Assembly (NCBI GenBank): GCA_964016885.1
Contig: OZ024751.1
Coordinates: 2,046,001 to 2,110,000, forward strand
DNA: 64,000 nucleotides
Source of the DNA: Eledone cirrhosa
Lineage: Eukaryota
Direction of reading: 5' to 3'
Under the pieces are notes generated by a model. The model saw only the letters and a list, made by a program, of their open reading frames with translations, had not been told where the DNA came from and did not search any database. The position numbers and the translations under genes are program-made. Of the stretch, positions 28,601 to 40,260 are shown one piece after another (position 1 is the first letter of the stretch; each line of letters begins with the position of its first letter).

Positions 28601-31600
28601 CTGTTGTTGGTGTTGCTGGTGTTACTGTTGTTGGTGTTGTTGGTGTTACTGTTGTTGGTGTTGTTGGTATTACTGTTGTTGGTGTTGTTAGCGTTACTGT
28701 TGTTGGTGTTGTTAGTGTTACTGTTGTTGGTGTTGTTGGTGTTACTGTTTTTGGTGTTGTTGGTGTTACTGTTGTTGGTGTTATCAGTGTTACTGTTGTT
28801 GGTGTTGTTATTGTTACTGTTGTTGGTGTTGTTGGTGTTACTGTTGTTGGTGTTGTTGGTGTTACTGTTGTTGGTGTTGTTAGTGTTACTGTTGTTGGTG
28901 TTGTTGGTGTTACTGTTGTTGGTGTTGTTGGTGTTACTGTTGTTGGTGTTGTTGGTGTTAATGTTGTTGGTGTTGGTGGTGTTACTGTTGTTGGTGTTCT
29001 TGGTGTTACTGTTGTTGGTGTTATTAGTGTTACTGTTGTTGGTTTTAGTGGTGTTACTGTTGTTGGTGTTGATGGTGTTACTGTTGTTGGTGTTGTTGGT
29101 GTTACTGCTGTTGGTGTTGTTAGTGTTACTGTTATTGTTGTTGTTGGTGTTACTGTTGTTGGTGTTACTGTTGTTGGTGTTGTCGGTGTTACTGTTGTTG
29201 GTGTTGTTGGTGTTACTGCTGTTGGTGTTGTTGGTGTTACTGTTGTTGGTGTTGGTGGTGTTATTAGTGTTACTGTTGTTGGTGTTGGTGGTGTTACTGT
29301 TGTTGGTGTTGTTGGTGTTGGTGGAGTTACTGTTGTTGGTGTTGTTTGTGTTACTGTTGTTGGTGTTGGTGGTGTTACTGTTGTTGGTGTTGTTGGTGTT
29401 ACTGTTGTTGGTGTTGTTAGTATTAATGTTGTTGGTGTTGTTGGTGTTACTCTTGTTGGTGTTGGTGGTGTTACTGTTGTTGGTGTTGTTGCTGTTACTG
29501 TTGTTGGTGTTGTTGGTGTTACTGTTGTTGGTATAGTTGGTGTTACTGTTGTTGGTGTTGTTGGTGTTACTGTTGTTGGTGTTGTTGGTGTTACTATTGT
29601 TGGTGTTGTTAGTATTACTGTTGTTGGTGTTGGTGGTGTTACTGTTGTTGGTGTTGTTGGTGTTACTGTTGTTGGTGTTGTTAGTATTACTGTTGTTGGT
29701 GTTGGTGGTGTTACTGTTGTTGGTGTTGTTGGTGTTACTGTTGTTGGTGTTGTTACTGTTAATGTTGTTGGTGTTGTTGGTGTTACTGTTGTTGGTGTTG
29801 GTGGTGTTGCTGTTGTTGGTGTTGTTGGTGTTAATGTTGTTGGTGTTGTTTGTGTTACTGTTGTTGGTGTTGGTGGTGTTACTGTTGTTGGTGTTGTTGG
29901 TGTTACTGTTGTTGGTGTTGTTGGTGTTACTGTTGTTGTTGTTGTTGGTGTTTCTGTTGTTGTTGGTGTTGGTGTTACTGTTGTTGGTGTTGTTAGTGTT
30001 ACTGTTGTTGGTGTTGTTGGTGTTACTGTTGTTGTTGTTGTTAGTGTTAATGTTGTTGGTGTTGTTTGTGTTACTGTTGTTGGTGTTGGTGGTGATACTG
30101 TTGTTGGTGTTGTTGGTGTTACTGTTGTTGGTGTTGTTGGTGTTACTGTTGTTGGTGTTGTTGGTGTTACTGTTGTTGGTGGTGTTGGTGTTACTGTTGT
30201 TGGTGTTGTTGGTGTTACTGTTGTTGGTGTTGGTGGTGTTACTGTTGTTGGTTTTGTTGGTGTTACTGTTGTTGGTGTTGTTGGTGTTACTGTTGTTGGT
30301 GTTGTTGGTGTTACTGTTGTTGGTGGTCTTGGCGTTACTGTTGTTGGTGTTGTTAGTGTTATTGTTGTTGGTGTTGTTAGTGTTACTGTTGTTGGTGTTG
30401 TTGGTGTTACTGTTGTTGGTGTTGTTGGTGTTACTGTTGTTGGTGTTGTTAGTGTTACTGTTGTTGGTGTTGTTGGTGTTACTGTTGTTGGTGTTGTTTG
30501 TGTTACTGTTGTTGGTGTTGGTGGTGTTACTGTTGTTGGTGTTACTGTTGTTGGTGTTGTTGGTGTTACTGCTTTGGTGTTGTTGGTGTTACTGTTGTTG
30601 GTGTTGTTGGTGTTACTGTTGTTGGTGTTGTTGGTGTTACTGTTGTTGGTGTTGTTTGTGTTACTGTTGTTGGTGTTGGTGGTGTTACTGTTGTTGGTGT
30701 TGTTGGTGTTACTGTTGTTGGTGTTGGTGGTGTTACTGTTGCTGGTGTTGTTGGTGTTACTGTTGTTGGTGTTGTTAGTGTTACTGTTGTTGGTGTTGTT
30801 GGTGTTACTGTTGTTGTGGTAATTAGTGTTACTGTTGTTGGTATTGCTGGTGTTACTGTTGTTGGTGTTGTTAGTGTTACTGTTGTTGGTGTTGTTGGTG
30901 TTACTGTTGTTGGTGTTATTAGTGTTACTGTTGTTGGTGTTGTTGGTGTTACTGTTGTTGGTGTTGTTGGTGTTACTGTTGTTGTGGTAATTAGTGTTAC
31001 TGTTGTTGGTGTTGGTGGTGTTACTGTTGTTGGTGTTGTTGGTGTTACTGTTGTTGGTGTTGTTGGTGTTACTGTTGTTGGTGTTGGTGGTGTTACTGTT
31101 GTTGGTGTTGTTGGTGTTACTGTTGTTGGTGTTGTTAGTGTTACTGTTGTTGGTGTTGTTGGTGTTACTGTTGTTGGTGTTATTAGTGTTACTGTTGTTG
31201 GTGTTGGTGGTGTTACTGTTGTTGATGTTGTTGGTGTTACTGTTGTTGGTGTTGTTAGTGTTAATGTTGTTGGTGTTGTTTGTGTTACTGTTGTTGGTGT
31301 TGGTGGTGATACTGTTGTTGGTGTTGTTGGTGTTACTGTTGTTGGTGTTGTTGGTGTTACTGTTGTTGGTGTTGTTGGTGTTACTGTTGTTGGTGGTGTT
31401 GGTGTTACTGTTGTTGGTGTTGTTGGTGTTACTGTTGTTGGTGTTGGTGGTGTTACTGTTGTTGGTGTTGTTGGTGTTACTGTTGTTGGTGTTGTTGGTG
31501 TTACTGCTGTTGGTGTTGTTAGTGTTACTGTTATTGTTGTAGTTGGTGTTACTGTTGTTGGTGTTACTGTTGTTGGTGTTGTCGGTGTTACTGTTGTTGG

Positions 31601-34600
31601 TGTTGTTGGTGTTACTGCTGTTGGTGTTGTTGGTGTTACTGTTGTTGGTGTTGGTGGTGTTATTAGTGTTACTGTTGTTGGTGTTGGTGGTGTTACTGTT
31701 GTTGGTGTTGTTGGTGTTGGTGGAGTTACTGTTGTTGGTGTTGTTTGTGTTACTGTTGTTGGTGTTGGTGGTGTTACTGTTGTTGGTGTTGTTGGTGTTA
31801 CTGTTGTTGGTGTTGTTAGTATTAATGTTGTTGGTGTTGTTGGTGTTACTCTTGTTGGTGTTGGTGGTGTTACTGTTGTTGGTGTTGTTGCTGTTACTGT
31901 TGTTGGTGTTGTTGGTGTTACTGTTGTTGGTATAGTTGGTGTTACTGTTGTTGGTGTTGTTGGTGTTACTGTTGTTGGTGTTGTTGGTGTTACTATTGTT
32001 GGTGTTGTTAGTATTACTGTTGTTGGTGTTGGTGGTGTTACTGTTGTTGGTGTTGTTGGTGTTACTGTTGTTGGTGTTGTTAGTATTACTGTTGTTGGTG
32101 TTGTTGGTGTTACTGTTGTTGGTGTTGTTGGTGTTACTGTTGTTGGTGTTGTTGGTGTTACTGTTGTTGTTGTTGTTGGTGTTTCTGTTGTTGTTGGTGT
32201 TGGTGTTACTGTTGTTGGTGTTGTTAGTGTTACTGTTGTTGGTGTTGTTGGTGTTACTGTTGTTGGTGTTGTTAGTGTTAATGTTGTTGGTGTTGTTTGT
32301 GTTACTGTTGTTGGTGTTGTTGGTGTTACTGTTGCTGGTGTTGTTGTTGTTACTGTTGTTGGTGTTGTTGGTGTTACTTTTGTTGGTGGTGTTGGTGTTA
32401 CTGTTGTTGGTGTTGTTAGTGTTACTGTTGTTGGTGTTGTTGGTGTTACTGTTGTTGGTGTTGTTGGTGTTACTGTTGTTGGTGTTGTTGGTGTTACTGT
32501 TGTTGATGTTATTAGTGTTACTGTTGTTGGTGTTGGTGGTGTTACTGTTGTTGGTGTTGTTGGTGTTACTGTTATTGCTGTTACTGTTGTTGGTGTTGGT
32601 GCTGTGACTGTTGTTGGTGTTGTTGGTGTTACTGTTGTTGGTGTTGTTAGTGTTACTGTTGTTGGTGTTGTTAGTGTTACTGTTGTTGGTGTTGTTGGTG
32701 TTACTGTTGTTCCTGTTGTTAGTGTTACTGTTGTTGGTGTTGTTATTGTTACTGTTGTTGGTGTTGCTGGTGTTACTGTTGTTGGTGTTGTTGGTGTTAC
32801 TGTTGTTGGTGTTGTTGGTATTACTGTTGTTGGTGTTGTTAGCGTTACTGTTGTTGGTATTGTTAGTGTTACTGTTGTTGGTGTTGTTGGTGTTACTGTT
32901 TTTGGTGTTGTTGGTGTTACTGTTGTTGGTGTTATCAGTGTTACTGTTGTTGGTGTTGTTATTGTTACTGTTGTTGGTGTTGTTGGTGTTACTGTTGTTG
33001 GTGTTGTTGGTGTTACTGTTGTTGGTGTTGTTAGTGTTACTGTTGTTGGTGTTGTTGGTGTTACTGTTGTTGGTGTTGTTGGTGTTACTGGTGTTGGTGT
33101 TGTTGGTGTTAATGTTGTTGGTGTTGGTGGTGTTACTGTTGTTGGTGTTCTTGGTGTTACTGTTGTTGGTGTTATTAGTGTTACTGTTGTTGGTTTTGGT
33201 GGTGTTACTGTTGTTGGTGTTGATGGTGTTACTGTTGTTGGTGTTGTTGGTGTTACTGCTGTTGGTGTTGTTAGTGTTACTGTTATTGTTGTTGTTGGTG
33301 TTACTGTTGTTGGTGTTACTGTTGTTGGTGTTGTCGGTGTTACTGTTGTTGGTGTTGTTGGTGTTACTGCTGTTGGTGTTGTTGGTGTTACTGTTGTTGG
33401 TGTTGGTGGTGTTATTAGTGTTACTGTTGTTGGTGTTGGTGGTGTTACTGTTGTTGGTGTTGTTGGTGTTGGTGGAGTTACTGTTGTTGGTGTTGTTTGT
33501 GTTACTGTTGTTGGTGTTGGTGGTGTTACTGTTGTTGGTGTTGTTGGTGTTACTGTTGTTGGTGTTGTTAGTATTAATGTTGTTGGTGTTGTTGGTGTTA
33601 CTCTTGTTGGTGTTGGTGGTGTTACTGTTGTTGGTGTTGTTGCTGTTACTGTTGTTGGTGTTGTTGGTGTTACTGTTGTTGGTATAGTTGGTGTTACTGT
33701 TGTTGGTGTTGTTGGTGTTACTGTTGTTGGTGTTGTTGGTGTTACTATTGTTGGTGTTGTTAGTATTACTGTTGTTGGTGTTGGTGGTGTTACTGTTGTT
33801 GGTGTTGTTGGTGTTACTGTTGTTGGTGTTGTTAGTATTACTGTTGTTGGTGTTGGTGGTGTTACTGTTGTTGGTGTTGTTGGTGTTACTGTTGTTGGTG
33901 TTGTTACTGTTAATGTTGTTGGTGTTGTTGGTGTTACTGTTGTTGGTGTTGGTGGTGATACTGTTGTTGGTGTTGTTGGTGTTACTGTTGTTGGTGTTGT
34001 TGGTGTTACTGTTGTTGGTGTTGTTGGTGTTACTGTTGTTGGTGGTGTTGGTGTTACTGTTGTTGGTGTTGTTGGTGTTACTGTTGTTGGTGTTGGTGGT
34101 GTTACTGTTGTTGGTTTTGTTGGTGTTACTGTTGTTGGTGTTGTTGGTGTTACTGTTGTTGGTGTTGTTGGTGTTACTGTTGTTGGTGGTCTTGGCGTTA
34201 CTGTTGTTGGTGTTGTTAGTGTTATTGTTGTTGGTGTTGTTAGTGTTACTGTTGTTGGTGTTGTTGGTGTTACTGTTGTTGGTGTTGTTGGTGTTACTGT
34301 TGTTGGTGTTGTTAGTGTTACTGTTGTTGGTGTTGTTGGTGTTACTGTTGTTGGTGTTGTTTGTGTTACTGTTGTTGGTGTTGGTGGTGTTACTGTTGTT
34401 GGTGTTACTGTTGTTGGTGTTGTTGGTGTTACTGCTTTGGTGTTGTTGGTGTTACTGTTGTTGGTGTTGTTGGTGTTACTGTTGTTGGTGTTGTTGGTGT
34501 TACTGTTGTTGGTGTTGTTTGTGTTACTGTTGTTGGTGTTGGTGGTGTTACTGTTGTTGGTGTTGTTGGTGTTACTGTTGTTGGTGTTGGTGGTGTTACT

Positions 34601-37600
34601 GTTGCTGGTGTTGTTGGTGTTACTGTTGTTGGTGTTGTTAGTGTTACTGTTGTTGGTGTTGTTGGTGTTACTGTTGTTGTGGTAATTAGTGTTACTGTTG
34701 TTGGTGTTGCTGGTGTTACTGTTGTTGGTGTTGTTGGTGTTACTCTTGTTGGTGTTGGTGGTGTTACTGTTGTTGGTGTTGTTGCTGTTACTGTTGTTGG
34801 TGTTGTTGGTGTTACTGTTGTTGGTATAGTTGGTGTTACTGTTGTTGGTGTTGTTGGTGTTACTGTTGTTGGTGTTGTTGGTGTTACTATTGTTGGTGTT
34901 GTTAGTATTACTGTTGTTGGTGTTGGTGGTGTTACTGTTGTTGGTGTTGTTGGTGTTACTGTTGTTGGTGTTGTTAGTATTACTGTTGTTGGTGTTGGTG
35001 GTGTTACTGTTGTTGGTGTTGTTGGTGTTACTGTTGTTGGTGTTGTTACTGTTAATGTTGTTGGTGTTGTTGGTGTTACTGTTGTTGGTGTTGGTGGTGT
35101 TGCTGTTGTTGGTGTTGTTGGTGTTAATGTTGTTGGTGTTGTTTGTGTTACTGTTGTTGGTGTTGGTGGTGTTACTGTTGTTGGTGTTGTTGGTGTTACT
35201 GTTGTTGGTGTTGTTGGTGTTACTGTTGTTGTTGTTGTTGGTGTTTCTGTTGTTGTTGGTGTTGGTGTTACTGTTGTTGGTGTTGTTAGTGTTACTGTTG
35301 TTGGTGTTGTTGGTGTTACTGTTGTTGGTGTTGTTAGTGTTAATGTTGTTGGTGTTGTTTGTGTTACTGTTGTTGGTGTTGGTGGTGATACTGTTGTTGG
35401 TGTTGTTGGTGTTACTGTTGTTGGTGTTGTTGGTGTTACTGTTGTTGGTGTTGTTGGTGTTACTGTTGTTGGTGGTGTTGGTGTTACTGTTGTTGGTGTT
35501 GTTGGTGTTACTGTTGTTGGTGTTGGTGGTGTTACTGTTGTTGGTTTTGTTGGTGTTACTGTTGTTGGTGTTGTTGGTGTTACTGTTGTTGGTGTTGTTG
35601 GTGTTACTGTTGTTGGTGGTCTTGGCGTTACTGTTGTTGGTGTTGTTAGTGTTATTGTTGTTGGTGTTGTTAGTGTTACTGTTGTTGGTGTTGTTGGTGT
35701 TACTGTTGTTGGTGTTGTTGGTGTTACTGTTGTTGGTGTTGTTAGTGTTACTGTTGTTGGTGTTGTTGGTGTTACTGTTGTTGGTGTTGTTTGTGTTACT
35801 GTTGTTGGTGTTGGTGGTGTTACTGTTGTTGGTGTTACTGTTGTTGGTGTTGTTGGTGTTACTGCTTTGGTGTTGTTGGTGTTACTGTTGTTGGTGTTGT
35901 TGGTGTTACTGTTGTTGGTGTTGTTGGTGTTACTGTTGTTGGTGTTGTTTGTGTTACTGTTGTTGGTGTTGGTGGTGTTACTGTTGTTGGTGTTGTTGGT
36001 GTTACTGTTGTTGGTGTTGGTGGTGTTACTGTTGCTGGTGTTGTTGGTGTTACTGTTGTTGGTGTTGTTAGTGTTACTGTTGTTGGTGTTGTTGGTGTTA
36101 CTGTTGTTGTGGTAATTAGTGTTACTGTTGTTGGTGTTGCTGGTGTTACTGTTGTTGGTGTTGTTGGTGTTACTGTTGTTGGTGTTGTTGGTGTTACTGT
36201 TGTTGGTGTTATTAGTGTTACTGTTGTTGGTGTTGTTGGTGTTACTGTTGTTGTGGTAATTAGTGTTACTGTTGTTGGTGTTGGTGGTGTTACTGTTGTT
36301 GGTGTTGTTGGTGTTACTGTTGTTGGTGTTGTTGGTGTTACTGTTGTTGGTGTTGGTGGTGTTACTGTTGTTGGTGTTGTTGATGTTACTGTTGTTGGTG
36401 TTGTTAGTGTTACTGTTGTTGGTGTTGTTGGTGTTACTGTTGTTGGTGTTATTAGTGTTACTGTTGTTGGTGTTGGTGGTGTTACTGTTGTTGATGTTGT
36501 TGGTGTTACTGTTGTTGGTGTTGTTAGTGTTAATGTTGTTGGTGTTGTTTGTGTTACTGTTGTTGGTGTTGGTGGTGATACTGTTGTTGGTGTTGTTGGT
36601 GTTACTGTTGTTGGTGTTGTTGGTGTTACTGTTGTTGGTGTTGTTGGTGTTACTGTTGTTGGTGGTGTTGGTGTTACTGTTGTTGGTGTTGTTGGTGTTA
36701 CTGTTGTTGGTGTTGGTGGTGTTACTGTTGTTGGTGTTATTAGTGTTACTGTTGTTGGTGTTGTTGGTGTTACTGTTGTTGGTGTTGTTGGTGTTACTGT
36801 TGTTGTGGTAATTAGTGTTACTGTTGTTGGTGTTGGTGGTGTTACTGTTGTTGGTGTTGTTGGTGTTACTGTTGTTGGTGTTGTTGGTGTTACTGTTGTT
36901 GGTGTTGGTGGTGTTACTGTTGTTGGTGTTGTTGGTGTTACTGTTGTTGGTGTTGTTAGTGTTACTGTTGTTGGTGTTGTTGGTGTTACTGTTGTTGGTG
37001 TTATTAGTGTTACTGTTGTTGGTGTTGGTGGTGTTACTGTTGTTGATGTTGTTGGTGTTACTGTTGTTGGTGTTGTTAGTGTTAATGTTGTTGGTGTTGT
37101 TTGTGTTACTGTTGTTGGTGTTGGTGGTGATACTGTTGTTGGTGTTGTTGGTGTTACTGTTGTTGATGTTATTAGTGTTACTGTTGTTGGTGTTGGTGGT
37201 GTTACTGTTGTTGGTGTTGTTGGTGTTACTGTTATTGCTGTTACTGTTGTTGGTGTTGGTGCTGTGACTGTTGTTGGTGTTGTTGGTGTTACTGTTGTTG
37301 GTGTTGTTAGTGTTACTGTTGTTGGTGTTGTTAGTGTTACTGTTGTTGGTGTTGTTGGTGTTACTCTTGTTGCTGTTGTTAGTGTTACTGTTGTTGGTGT
37401 TGTTATTGTTACTGTTGTTGGTGTTGCTGGTGTTACTGTTGTTGGTGTTGTTGGTGTTACTGTTGTTGGTGTTGTTGGTATTACTGTTGTTGGTGTTGTT
37501 AGCGTTACTGTTGTTGGTGTTGTTAGTGTTACTGTTGTTGGTGTTGTTGGTGTTACTGTTTTTGGTGTTGTTGGTGTTACTGTTGTTGGTGTTATCAGTG

Positions 37601-40260
37601 TTACTGTTGTTGGTGTTGTTATTGTTACTGTTGTTGGTGTTGTTGGTGTTACTGTTGTTGGTGTTGTTGGTGTTACTGTTGTTGGTGTTGTTAGTGTTAC
37701 TGTTGTTGGTGTTGTTGGTGTTACTGTTGTTGGTGTTGTTGGTGTTACTGTTGTTGGTGTTGTTGGTGTTAATGTTGTTGGTGTTGGTGGTGTTACTGTT
37801 GTTGGTGTTCTTGGTGTTACTGTTGTTGGTGTTATTAGTGTTACTGTTGTTGGTTTTGGTGGTGTTACTGTTGTTGGTGTTGATGGTGTTACTGTTGTTG
37901 GTGTTGTTGGTGTTACTGCTGTTGGTGTTGTTAGTGTTACTGTTATTGTTGTTGTTGGTGTTACTGTTGTTGGTGTTACTGTTGTTGGTGTTGTCGGTGT
38001 TACTGTTGTTGGTGTTGTTGGTGTTACTGCTGTTGGTGTTGTTGGTGTTACTGTTGTTGGTGTTGGTGGTGTTATTAGTGTTACTGTTGTTGGTGTTGGT
38101 GGTGTTACTGTTGTTGGTGTTGTTGGTGTTGGTGGAGTTACTGTTGTTGGTGTTGTTTGTGTTACTGTTGTTGCTGTTGGTGGTGTTACTGTTGTTGGTG
38201 TTGTTGGTGTTACTGTTGTTGGTGTTGTTAGTATTAATGTTGTTGGTGTTGTTGGTGTTACTCTTGTTGGTGTTGGTGGTGTTACTGTTGTTGGTGTTGT
38301 TGCTGTTACTGTTGTTGGTGTTGTTGGTGTTACTGTTGTTGGTATAGTTGGTGTTACTGTTGTTGGTGTTGTTGGTGTTACTGTTGTTGGTGTTGTTGGT
38401 GTTACTATTGTTGGTGTTGTTAGTATTACTGTTGTTGGTGTTGGTGGTGTTACTGTTGTTGGTGTTGTTGGTGTTACTGTTGTTGGTGTTGTTAGTATTA
38501 CTGTTGTTGGTGTTGGTGGTGTTACTGTTGTTGGTGTTGTTGGTGTTACTGTTGTTGGTGTTGTTACTGTTAATGTTGTTGGTGTTGTTGGTGTTACTGT
38601 TGTTGGTGTTGGTGGTGTTGCTGTTGTTGGTGTTGTTGGTGTTAATGTTGTTGGTGTTGTTTGTGTTACTGTTGTTGGTGTTGGTGGTGTTACTGTTGTT
38701 GGTGTTGTTGGTGTTACTGTTGTTGGTGTTGTTGGTGTTACTGTTGTTGTTGTTGTTGGTGTTTCTGTTGTTGTTGGTGTTGGTGTTACTGTTGTTGGTG
38801 TTGTTAGTGTTACTGTTGTTGGTGTTGTTGGTGTTACTGTTGTTGGTGTTGTTAGTGTTAATGTTGTTGGTGTTGTTTGTGTTACTGTTGTTGGTGTTGG
38901 TGGTGATACTGTTGTTGGTGTTGTTGGTGTTACTGTTGTTGGTGTTGTTGGTGTTACTGTTGTTGGTGTTGTTGGTGTTACTGTTGTTGGTGGTGTTGGT
39001 GTTACTGTTGTTGGTGTTGTTGGTGTTACTGTTGTTGGTGTTGGTGGTGTTACTGTTGTTGGTTTTGTTGGTGTTACTGTTGTTGGTGTTGTTGGTGTTA
39101 CTGTTGTTGGTGTTGTTGGTGTTACTGTTGTTGGTGGTCTTGGCGTTACTGTTGTTGGTGTTGTTAGTGTTATTGTTGTTGGTGTTGTTAGTGTTACTGT
39201 TGTTGGTGTTGTTGGTGTTACTGTTGTTGGTGTTGTTGGTGTTACTGTTGTTGGTGTTGTTAGTGTTACTGTTGTTGGTGTTGTTGGTGTTACTGTTGTT
39301 GGTGTTGTTTGTGTTACTGTTGTTGGTGTTGGTGGTGTTACTGTTGTTGGTGTTACTGTTGTTGGTGTTGTTGGTGTTACTGCTTTGGTGTTGTTGGTGT
39401 TACTGTTGTTGGTGTTGTTGGTGTTACTGTTGTTGGTGTTGTTGGTGTTACTGTTGTTGGTGTTGTTTGTGTTACTGTTGTTGGTGTTGGTGGTGTTACT
39501 GTTGTTGGTGTTGTTGGTGTTACTGTTGTTGGTGTTGGTGGTGTTACTGTTGCTGGTGTTGTTGGTGTTACTGTTGTTGGTGTTGTTAGTGTTACTGTTG
39601 TTGGTGTTGTTGGTGTTACTGTTGTTGTGGTAATTAGTGTTACTGTTGTTGGTATTGCTGGTGTTACTGTTGTTGGTGTTGTTAGTGTTACTGTTGTTGG
39701 TGTTGTTGGTGTTACTGTTGTTGGTGTTATTAGTGTTACTGTTGTTGGTGTTGTTGGTGTTACTGTTGTTGGTGTTGTTGGTGTTACTGTTGTTGTGGTA
39801 ATTAGTGTTACTGTTGTTGGTGTTGGTGGTGTTACTGTTGTTGGTGTTGTTGGTGTTACTGTTGTTGGTGTTGTTGGTGTTACTGTTGTTGGTGTTGGTG
39901 GTGTTACTGTTGTTGGTGTTGTTGGTGTTACTGTTGTTGGTGTTGTTAGTGTTACTGTTGTTGGTGTTGTTGGTGTTACTGTTGTTGGTGTTATTAGTGT
40001 TACTGTTGTTGGTGTTGGTGGTGTTACTGTTGTTGATGTTGTTGGTGTTACTGTTGTTGGTGTTGTTAGTGTTAATGTTGTTGGTGTTGTTTGTGTTACT
40101 GTTGTTGGTGTTGGTGGTGATACTGTTGTTGGTGTTGTTGGTGTTACTGTTGTTGGTGTTGTTGGTGTTACTGTTGTTGGTGTTGTTGGTGTTACTGTTG
40201 TTGGTGGTGTTGGTGTTACTGTTGTTGGTGTTGTTGGTGTTACTGTTGTTGGTGTTGGTG
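25140..40260. repeat. Higher-order duplication with 8811-bp offset (about 25.1-31.4 kb vs 33.9-40.3 kb)
   Basis: Marker pairs 25620/34431, 27050/35861, 30568/39379; ORF pairs 25550/34361, 26980/35791, 28460/37271 all offset by 8811. Boundaries approximate. Confidence 0.85.
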